A stretch of 64,000 nucleotides of DNA from a virus (lineage: Duplodnaviria > Caudoviricetes). The stretch lies in the IMG/VR virus record IMGVR_UViG_3300033463_000041, positions 32,001 to 96,000 of that record. The stretch is one strand, 5' to 3'. Positions within the stretch are counted from its first letter, which is position 1, and each line of letters starts with the position of its first letter. Positions 56,934 to 64,000 of this stretch are shown here, piece by piece. A program made the position numbers and the translations under genes. The notes under the pieces were generated by a model. The model worked only from the letters and a program-made list of their open reading frames with translations. It searched no databases and was not told the origin of the DNA.

Positions 56934-57338
56934 TTAGCTGAAGTCTGCCCGCGATGACGTAAAAGAGTATGCGTCGCCATCAGGAGCGTAATTGCCTGTG
57001 TAGTCGTTTCTGAGGTTCATCGTTTCGGTTTCACTATTAGGCCATCGGTAACATACAAGCGTCATGCTAACCTCTCCTGTGGGTGTAAGGAGTGAATAAG
57101 CATCGACGACTTGTGCAGACGTTGTGCTGGCCTCCTGGTTCAGCATTACTGGAGTCTGCAAGTCCACGATGTTCAACTGTGAATCGAACGAAACGACGGC
57201 ATTACCGTCCAACGAGAGGGTAGCTACCATTACGCAGCCAATGTCCTGCTCAGGTGGGCCATAAGCCTGCATCTGAGCCGTAGCGTGTGCCATCAGCGTA
57301 ATCATCATCAGGCACATCATGCAAACGAATTTCTTCAT
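56934..57338 (-). CDS. Secreted hypothetical protein
   Basis: MKKFVCMMCLMMITLMAHA signal peptide; has its own copy of the phage promoter. Confidence 0.55.
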   Translation of the reverse strand: MKKFVCMMCLMMITLMAHATAQMQAYGPPEQDIGCVMVATLSLDGNAVVSFDSQLNIVDLQTPVMLNQEASTTSAQVVDAYSLLTPTGEVSMTLVCYRWPNSETETMNLRNDYTGNYAPDGDAYSFTSSRADFS

Positions 57339-57396
57339 TGCCTTTCGTTTTTAGAATTTGACATAGCCGAGTTCCACGGCGTTACTATTCCACATA

Positions 57397-57431
57397 CAAA
57401 GATACAAAATACCCGGCCCAAGTCAAGGGCA
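57397..57431 (-). promoter_or_regulatory. Phage-specific promoter motif (TGCCCTTGAC-N17-TATCTTTG)
   Basis: Upstream of ATG 57338. Confidence 0.72.
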
Positions 57432-57455
57432 CTTGCAAATAGAGTAGGGCAGTCG

Positions 57456-57990
57456 GTCGAAGATTCCCAACTTGCGGTCGGAAAAACCCAACTCGCAAGA
57501 AAGCGTTTATTAAATTTTAATCTGTTCTTGGTACCGAAATAACAAATCTCTCCAGGCTTGATACGAATCTTCGACCAGAAAATGGCTGATATCCTACTGC
57601 CTATGGGCGTTCCCGACATATATACACCCTAACTTCTTCTTTATCAGTCGGAAAAAACCAACTCACAAAGATTATTTGTTTGTTGGTTTTTCTCATTTAC
57701 AATAACCAATTAAATAGAGTGTTTATATATTTACGGATGGCGAAACCGCCTAACACACAAGTAGTTACGTTTTATATCGGTCGAACAATACCAACAACCA
57801 GTCGAAGAAACCCAACTTAGTGGTCGAACATTCCCAACTTGCAGTCGGAGATATCCAACCGAAAGTCGGACAAAACCAACTTTTAGTCGAAGAAATACAA
57901 CTCGGTCGGAGATTTACAACTCGCAGTCGGAAAAATACAACTTCCTAACTTTGGTCGGAAAAACCCAACTTGCGGTCGAAGAAACCCAAC
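57456..57990 (+). repeat. Iteron array / replication origin: 13 copies of GTCG-N8-CAAC
   Basis: Starts at 57456, 57477, 57647, 57780, 57801, 57823, 57844, 57865, 57886, 57905, 57926, 57954 and 57975; spacing mostly ~21 bp; AT-rich gap 57665-57775; upstream of rep. Confidence 0.85.
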
Positions 57991-58025
57991 ATTACGCATT
58001 TTTAACGCATATTTTTCCGAAAACA

Positions 58026-58212
58026 TTTGGAACTTTCAGAAATAATTCTTACCTTTGCCCTCGCTACAAACATAATGTTAAACCTCTCTGTGTGACGTGG
58101 ACGGACTGTAACTCCATCGTATCATACATCGAATAAAGATAGGCGGCAGCCTGTTTCCCCACTGTCAGCAGAGGTCGAAGTGTTTGTAGCAGAACGCATA
58201 GGGCTGCCGCCT
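58026..58212 (+). promoter_or_regulatory. rep promoter and structured leader
   Basis: TTTG(58026)-N20-TACCTTTG(58050); GCTACAAACA/TGTTTGTAGC and AGGCGGCAGCC/GGCTGCCGCCT interleaved stems. Confidence 0.65.
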
Positions 58213-58252
58213 TTGTTCTGCTGCGACCTCCGACATAAAAGATTGCAAGACA

Positions 58253-59185
58253 ATGGAAGAAAAGAAACAAACCACCCAGAGTCAGCCGACGGCACAGCCC
58301 GCCGACGAGAAGAACCTGCCCATGCGCTACATCAGGCAGCCGTACCCCATCTCGGCTATTCAGGCCGACCTCTCCACTCAGCAGATACGTATTCTCGTCG
58401 GCATGATGCAGAGCGTGCAGGATGGCGTGCAAGCCATGTTTGAGCGCGGGCCCGTAGACGGTCAGCTGCAACTGTTTCCAGAAATGCAGGACGACCGTGT
58501 GAACATCGACTTCAAGTTCAGCGACGTCGTTGATCGTCCTGATGCCTATCGCGACGTGGAGCGCGTGGCCAAGAAGTTCATGGAGATGGTTTTCCGCTAC
58601 GAAGACAAGCAAAAGGGCGAAGTAAGCCTGTCGCACTTTGTCGATGAGATTACCTATCCCTCCCGTGGCAGCAAGCGCGACAAGATCCGCTTCACCTTCA
58701 CCAAGAAGCAGGCCCAGGCCGTCTTCAACTTCACCATGTACAGCCGCTATCTCCTGCCCGTAGTCACTTCTTCAAAGAGCAAGCACACCGCCCGTCTCTA
58801 CATGCTTATTACATCCGCACGTGGGTTCGAGCGCGACGACTCCGGCATCTTCCACTGGTACGTCACCTACGAAGAGCTGCGCCGTATTCTCGGCTGTGAC
58901 GACAAGGACGAGCACGACCGCTGGTATCGCAAGTCGCAGAAGCTCTACAAGCATTTCAAGTCCGATGTGCTGCGTACCGCCCAGCGCGAGTTGAAAGCCC
59001 TTGCCGACGAAGGGAAGAGCGACTGTTGGTTCGACTTCACCGAACTGCCGGAAGGTTTCGACGGTGAACCTCTTCGCTTCGACTTCCTCGTACATCTGAA
59101 CGATGTCAAGAAGCCCATCGACAAGAAGGAGCCTGAGCAGACTGAACAGCCTGAGCAGGAAACAATGCCAATGTGGGGAGAGTAG
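58253..59185 (+). CDS. Plasmid-type replication initiator (Rep_3/RepB winged-helix family)
   Basis: LSTQQIRIL, KSKHTARLYMLI, TYEELRRILG and YKHFKSDVLRTAQREL; adjacent iterons. Confidence 0.85.
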   Translation: MEEKKQTTQSQPTAQPADEKNLPMRYIRQPYPISAIQADLSTQQIRILVGMMQSVQDGVQAMFERGPVDGQLQLFPEMQDDRVNIDFKFSDVVDRPDAYRDVERVAKKFMEMVFRYEDKQKGEVSLSHFVDEITYPSRGSKRDKIRFTFTKKQAQAVFNFTMYSRYLLPVVTSSKSKHTARLYMLITSARGFERDDSGIFHWYVTYEELRRILGCDDKDEHDRWYRKSQKLYKHFKSDVLRTAQRELKALADEGKSDCWFDFTELPEGFDGEPLRFDFLVHLNDVKKPIDKKEPEQTEQPEQETMPMWGE

Positions 59186-59188
59186 GTT

Positions 59189-60094
59189 ATGGAAAACGAT
59201 TACAGCAAACTTTGGGAAGACAGCCTCGCGATGATCCGCGAGAAGTACGGCGACAAGTTCCGGCACTGGTACGACGTGTGGTATGGCGAAGTGCGCTTCG
59301 AGAGCTACGACCCCGACACGCATGTGCTGCTTATTCAGGTGCCGTCAAAGTACGTCTATGAGTATCTGGAGATGAACGGTGCCAAGGATATCCGCTGGGC
59401 CACGAAGGAGGTCTTTAAGACAGACATCATACTGAAGTACCGTATTCTGGAGCCACGACGCGAGCCTGACTTTGCTCAGGTGGCCGACTATCTGCGCCAG
59501 CAGGGATGCACCGTTGGTACCGAACGTCCACACTTCAGAATTGCCGATGCTGAGAAGCGAATGCGCGACGGCCTGCGCTATTTCCTTGGTCACGACGGCC
59601 AATGGTTGCCAGCTTACGACAAGGTGGCCACCTGGCTCTCCGACAACAAGGGTAGGGGACTGGTCTGCATCGGCTATAGCGGAACGGGTAAGACACTGCT
59701 GTGTACCAAGGTGCTGCCTGTCATCCTCGGCTATAAGAGCATCGTTCAATGTACCGCCAAAGAAATGACGTTACGCAATGGCAATGTAGAGCGCATCGAC
59801 GAGCTGCTGAAGGCGAAGTGTATCATCATCGACGGACTGGGCACTGAGTCTGTCGATACCAACTACTACGGTCGCCGCCGCCGACCTTTCGAGGAATTGT
59901 GCGACGCAGCAGAGAGCGATGGCAAGCTGCTTATCATCACCACCAACTGCCTCTCTACGAAACCCATGCCCGACACGTGGGCTGGTAAGTCGCAGTTCCC
60001 CACATCCTTTGAGGAATACTATGGCCAGAACGTCATCAACCGCTTGAAGTCCATCACCACCACCGTCCTCTTCTCAGGACCCAATCTCTGGTAA
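59189..60094 (+). CDS. DnaA N-terminal-like domain fused to DnaC/IstB-like ATPase (helicase loader candidate)
   Basis: LWEDSLAMIRE...WY...LLIQVPSKYVYEYLE; Walker A GYSGTGKT; IIIDGLGTE; IITTN. Confidence 0.75.
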   Translation: MENDYSKLWEDSLAMIREKYGDKFRHWYDVWYGEVRFESYDPDTHVLLIQVPSKYVYEYLEMNGAKDIRWATKEVFKTDIILKYRILEPRREPDFAQVADYLRQQGCTVGTERPHFRIADAEKRMRDGLRYFLGHDGQWLPAYDKVATWLSDNKGRGLVCIGYSGTGKTLLCTKVLPVILGYKSIVQCTAKEMTLRNGNVERIDELLKAKCIIIDGLGTESVDTNYYGRRRRPFEELCDAAESDGKLLIITTNCLSTKPMPDTWAGKSQFPTSFEEYYGQNVINRLKSITTTVLFSGPNLW

Positions 60095-60694
60095 TCACTG
60101 CTCCCGCTTGCAGCGACGCTGCCACTCACGGCGCATGGGCTCTGCATAGACGTCGGGCGTGTCGGTGTCACGGCAGAACGCCTCTATCATGTCTATCTGG
60201 GCGTACTTCTCGTCACGGTGCTCTCTGGCATATCTGTCGGCATAGTCGCTGACGGCCTGCCAGAACGCCTCTCTCAGGATGCGCTGTATGACCTTCGCCT
60301 GCTTCATGCCGAAGTTCACGTCCAGCGTCCACGGACGCAGCACGCCGCTCCTTGTCATGCACAGCCTGGGACACTCGATGGGCAAGTACTGCAGCAGACT
60401 TTCCTTTGTCGCTCCGTAACTCTCCTCTATCGCCGTTGGATCAATCCTCATGCCGGCATCCAGCGCATTGCGGAACGTGGCCGAGATGGAGTTGCCAATA
60501 GGTCCGTTCCCCATCGGCTCATTGGCAGTCTCAAGGCGCAGCGCACGTCTGGCTCCTGGCAGGTGCTGAATGCTCACCACCTTCCAGTCCTTCACCATTG
60601 CGCCACCGCCGAGTTCGTGCTGAACCCAGCCTTGGATAAAGTCCGTTACTTTCAGCCAGCAGATAGCTGGTGCCCTGTATTGCCGTTCGCTCAT
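60095..60694 (-). CDS. Hypothetical protein, possible DNA-binding regulator
   Basis: Has its own TAACTTTG -7 box (60711-60704); C-terminal IEAFC...EPMRREWQR helices. Confidence 0.6.
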   Translation of the reverse strand: MSERQYRAPAICWLKVTDFIQGWVQHELGGGAMVKDWKVVSIQHLPGARRALRLETANEPMGNGPIGNSISATFRNALDAGMRIDPTAIEESYGATKESLLQYLPIECPRLCMTRSGVLRPWTLDVNFGMKQAKVIQRILREAFWQAVSDYADRYAREHRDEKYAQIDMIEAFCRDTDTPDVYAEPMRREWQRRCKREQ

Positions 60695-61299
60695 TGATGC
60701 CTGCAAAGTTACGAAGATTTTTCGAGCAAAAAGAAACTTTCGCCATTTATCAGAAATCGCCCGAATTTCCCTATTTTCACCTCAAAAAAATAACTGTTCT
60801 GATAAATTTATGAAAATGGTGAGTATCAGCAAGTTAGCAGCCGAAACACCCCGAAAAACTACCCTCCGAGTTATTTTCTTTCTGATAACTTGCAACCGCC
60901 TGACATTCAAGCCGTTGTGAAGTCGAAAAAGTGTATTTATCAAAAAATCGCGTTTTTCGGCGAAACTCAGAAATTTTTCTAAACTCTCTGAAATTCCTGT
61001 ATTCTTTCTCATTCATCAAGCAACGCGCACGTCTCTCCCTTACACCCACAATAAGTAAAACAAACACATACAAATAAAATAAATGACTGATAATCAATAA
61101 ATTATATAGTATATATAGCTCGTTATTTTTGTTTTTTGGAACACTTATCCCACCAAGGAAATCAAAAATAACCCCGATTTTTTCTGATAAATAATTGATA
61201 ATCAGCGTGTTAGAAGTTTATAAATGATTTTACAACTATCTGATAACCTGATAACTCCTTAAAAAATTTTTTGCCGTCGCGCAGATAACTCCCTCAAAA

Positions 61300-61331
61300 T
61301 TTGCACGTTACGCGAAAATCACCTAACTTTG
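61300..61331 (+). promoter_or_regulatory. Host-type sigmaA promoter
   Basis: TTTG-N20-TAACTTTG. Confidence 0.65.
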
Positions 61332-61336
61332 CGCCC

Positions 61337-61601
61337 GGATTAGTGGTCTGATAACTAAAAAACTTCTTTTCATACGTCGTCGCGATGACGAAGGTACGAG
61401 CCGCCGCGAGGCGAGAATTCAATTTTTTGATTTGTTTTAGTAGATTAGTTTTTAAGTAGTTTGTTTTTAAAACAGAAGAAGCACGGCCAGTTATACTCTG
61501 GCTCCGAGCGTTCTGAGTAAGGTAGACAATTCAGATCGCGTGTTTACTTACTCACTCGCACCGTTGCCCCGTTGTAGCTTTGTGGGGTGACGGTGTTTTT
61601 T
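61337..61601 (+). ncRNA. Candidate structured non-coding RNA (~265 nt)
   Basis: Bounded by a promoter and a terminator; no credible ORF; at least 4 hairpins. Confidence 0.55.
61559..61601 (+). terminator. Intrinsic terminator
   Basis: CACCGTTGCCCC...GGGGTGACGGTG-TTTTTT. Confidence 0.75.
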
Positions 61602-61604
61602 GTC

Positions 61605-61640
61605 TGCCCTTGACTGACTATTGGTTGGAACGTATCTTTG
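61605..61640 (+). promoter_or_regulatory. Phage-specific promoter motif (TGCCCTTGAC-N18-TATCTTTG)
   Basis: Upstream of ATG 61659. Confidence 0.78.
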
Positions 61641-61658
61641 TATCAAAACCCAATAGTT

Positions 61659-62402
61659 ATGATGAGACCATTCTACTTTGATCCTCTCGACCCAACGGGC
61701 CAGTATTATTACGACCCGCTGCCTGAGCACCCGACGAAAGAAGAGCTGGAGGAGTACCAGCGCGTGACGATGAAGATGCTACGCAACACCATCATCGGCT
61801 TCTTCGTTCTGCTTGCGGCCTTTGCCGTGTGCTCTGTGCTCACCTCCTGCGTCACGCAGAAGCAGGAGCATCAGGAGCAGACCCATGTTGTCGTGACCGA
61901 TTCTGCCGCTACCGAGCATAGCCAGGCCGTACAGGTCAGCAATCAGACTGTCAACATCGACTCCATCATTACTGCCGTGATGCAGCGCACACGCGAGGAG
62001 TTCGCCCGTCAGGAACAGGAGCATGAGATCGTTACCGAGACGCTGACGGAGACCGTCGATTCGCTGGGCCGTGTGGTGCGCCAGCAGCAGAAGACCACCG
62101 ACCGCACCCTCTCGCGCCAGGAGCAGCAGCGCATCGAGCGTCTGGAGCAGACCTTCGAGCAGCAGATCCACCTTGCCATCTCTGAGCACGACTCCCTGTG
62201 GCAGGAGCGCTTTGCCCAGTATCAGGCCACGATGACCGACTCCCTGCAGTCCGTCCGCGACATGCAGCGTCAGACCAGTGCCACGAACCCCCTCACTTGG
62301 TGGCAGCAGTTCCGGCTGCATCTGGCCAACATCGCCCTCTATGCCCTCCTTATCATTGGCGCCATCTGGCTCATCCGCAAAAAGAAATGGTTAAACAGTT
62401 AG
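61659..62402 (+). CDS. Spanin-like protein (lipobox, coiled coil and C-terminal TM)
   Basis: FFVLLAAFAVCSVLTSC; LTWWQQ...ALYALLIIGAIWLIRKKK. Confidence 0.55.
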   Translation: MMRPFYFDPLDPTGQYYYDPLPEHPTKEELEEYQRVTMKMLRNTIIGFFVLLAAFAVCSVLTSCVTQKQEHQEQTHVVVTDSAATEHSQAVQVSNQTVNIDSIITAVMQRTREEFARQEQEHEIVTETLTETVDSLGRVVRQQQKTTDRTLSRQEQQRIERLEQTFEQQIHLAISEHDSLWQERFAQYQATMTDSLQSVRDMQRQTSATNPLTWWQQFRLHLANIALYALLIIGAIWLIRKKKWLNS

Positions 62403-62701
62403 CATTATCAGAGCTCCGACGTGTCGCCGAGAAGACACGGCTTGTCAAGGTCAAGGTGCCCGACGGCAAAGGCGGCTTCACGCTGAAGGAAGTGCTGGAG
62501 CGCGTCCCTTGGCGCGTGTGGTATGTCTCTGCATCCAATGGCGACGTCATCCGTGGGCTGGAGTGTGTCACCCTGGCTGTCGATGTCGATGGCCCCGGAG
62601 CCTATCCCTCGCGCCTGGTGCAGTTCATCGCCAGCGGTCAGACACGTCGTCTGCGCGACTGCTGCATCCTACAGGCAAATGACTTCAAGTTAGTGATATA
62701 A
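62387..62701 (+). CDS. Hypothetical protein
   Basis: MVKQLALSELRR...SGQTRRLRDCCIL; ATG 62387. Confidence 0.6.
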   Translation: MVKQLALSELRRVAEKTRLVKVKVPDGKGGFTLKEVLERVPWRVWYVSASNGDVIRGLECVTLAVDVDGPGAYPSRLVQFIASGQTRRLRDCCILQANDFKLVI

Positions 62702-62711
62702 AGTTTCAGGT

Positions 62712-63191
62712 ATGTTTCCACAACAGTATCTCAAGAAAATAGCTTCTGCCGTATCCAAGCGTTCCGGCATCTGTCAGGCCACCGTAGAGCAGGTGCTGCC
62801 TGCCTTCATCGACGAGGTGCGCTTCCAGCTCACCGAAGGCAAGCTCAGTGTACCCATCGACAGTTTCGGCACCTTTGCCCTCATCGACATTCCCGAGCGT
62901 CAGCACCTTTATACGTATAAGGGTGCCAACGAGTTGCGCACCCTGCCGCCCAAGAAGAAGTTGAAGTTTGCCCCAGCCCGCAGCTTCCGTCGTGAACTGG
63001 AGGCCGGTGTCTTCGATGCCAGTCGCAAGTCGTTCTGTCGCCACCCCAAAGACCCCATCCTGCGCAACCGCGCACAGATGGCCTACCGTGCCGACCGCAG
63101 AGACCAAATAAATAAGGGCGCCACCAAATTTTTGAAGCCCACCACGGATGACACAGATGACACAGATGATGAGGAGAAACATGAATCATGA
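62712..63191 (+). CDS. HU/IHF-family DNA-binding protein
   Basis: IASAVSKRSGI...IDSFGTF...PER...KKLKFAPARSFR. Confidence 0.8.
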   Translation: MFPQQYLKKIASAVSKRSGICQATVEQVLPAFIDEVRFQLTEGKLSVPIDSFGTFALIDIPERQHLYTYKGANELRTLPPKKKLKFAPARSFRRELEAGVFDASRKSFCRHPKDPILRNRAQMAYRADRRDQINKGATKFLKPTTDDTDDTDDEEKHES

Positions 63192-63376
63192 ACCCTGAAA
63201 CCGCCCGTTAGGGCAAATGTCGCTTATTTGTCCCAAAGTTTTAGCAAACATTAACAATAATGGATTTTATGTTTCTCATACCCGATAAACACCACCATCA
63301 ACCTCAGTGTCGTTTCCGTTGACAACAAGCACATAAACTAAACCCATTCCATATATTAAGTCTTATGCCATTTGTT

Positions 63377-63416
63377 ACAGCCCGACAGTCACACGAACTG
63401 CCGGGCTGTTTCTTTT
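63377..63416 (+). terminator. Intrinsic terminator
   Basis: ACAGCCCGACAGT...ACTGCCGGGCTGT-TTCTTTT. Confidence 0.65.
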
Positions 63417-63514
63417 GCGAGGTAACAAAGAAAGTATAATAAATCTTAAAACATTTGGCGGTAACAAAAATAATAATTACCTTTGCGTCAGATTTCAAAA
63501 CAAAGCTACACGTT

Positions 63515-64000
63515 ATGAACATGGAAAAAGTAAAAGTCACTCAGGACGTTGTTTATCAGTTTATCACCGATCACAATGTCAATCTCTCGGGTATCGCCCG
63601 CGAGATGCAGGCCAACCCTACGCTTGTTGCCGGATGCTTCAAGCGCAATGCCGACCGCAACGGTCGTCCTCGCCACTTCACCGCTCAGACCCTGCCACGT
63701 CTGAACGAAGCCCTCGACAAGTTTGCTGCCAACATGCGCCAGAGTGTTGTGTCCTTTGGTAGCGAGCAGACCTACACCAACAATCGTGGTGTGACATACG
63801 ACCCTGGCACCATCCCTGCCATCAAGCAGTTGTCGCAGTACTTCAACCTCACCCAGTTCATTGTGCGCATCCTTGGCTGGACTGAGAACAAGAAGAACCT
63901 GACGTTCTCGTCGCCAACGGCTAAGATGTTCGGCTGCATCAGTCAGGATGACATCAACCGTATCAATGCCGAACTGCTTGCCGTGTCTGGAGTGCTCTCC
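63515..64000 (+). CDS. HTH-type protein (DUF5053-like), runs off the window; not in the ORF track
   Basis: MNMEKVKV...NVNLSGIAREMQ...RLNEALDKFA; preceded by TTTG(63454)-N20-TACCTTTG(63478). Confidence 0.65.
   Translation, partial: MNMEKVKVTQDVVYQFITDHNVNLSGIAREMQANPTLVAGCFKRNADRNGRPRHFTAQTLPRLNEALDKFAANMRQSVVSFGSEQTYTNNRGVTYDPGTIPAIKQLSQYFNLTQFIVRILGWTENKKNLTFSSPTAKMFGCISQDDINRINAELLAVSGVLS

Noticed and set aside
57456-57990. CRISPR array
   Set aside because: Units are ~16 bp, degenerate and separated by only a few bases in the main cluster; no spacers or cas genes; the position before rep indicates iterons
1-64000. tRNA, rRNA, integrase or IS elements
   Set aside because: None recognised by eye; a tRNAscan/HMM run would be needed to exclude them

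Overview
The whole window is part of a tailed dsDNA phage of a Bacteroidales (Prevotella-like) host, judged from TTTG-N20-TAnnTTTG promoters and Bacteroidales-type structural genes. It contains: distal tail and fibre genes (1-13.8 kb); a complete diversity-generating retroelement (target 13850-14935, VR 14748-14932, MutS-I-like accessory gene, TR 15837-16021, RT 16079-17266); an uncharacterised Cys-rich cassette (18.9-22.4 kb); and a long minus-strand morphogenesis region (terminase, portal, 3789-aa tape measure, head-tail adaptor, S49 protease/scaffold, capsid, tail tube). A three-gene glycan cassette (Stealth phosphotransferase, double-domain glycosyltransferase, PRTase-HAD fusion) sits inside that region. 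A plasmid-type module follows: ParA, a small partner protein and 8-bp repeats, then 13 iterons, a Rep_3-like initiator and a DnaA-N/ATPase fusion. This suggests a phage-plasmid; no integrase is in the window. The most novel hypothesis is virion (phospho)glycosylation, because the capsid, tail tube, a fibre and a large tail protein carry Ser/Asp-rich tails or linkers. Also found: an 11-copy phage-specific promoter (TGCCCTTGAY-N17/18-degenerate -7 box) and a ~265-nt structured ncRNA candidate. All family calls come from motif recognition by eye, not from database searches.
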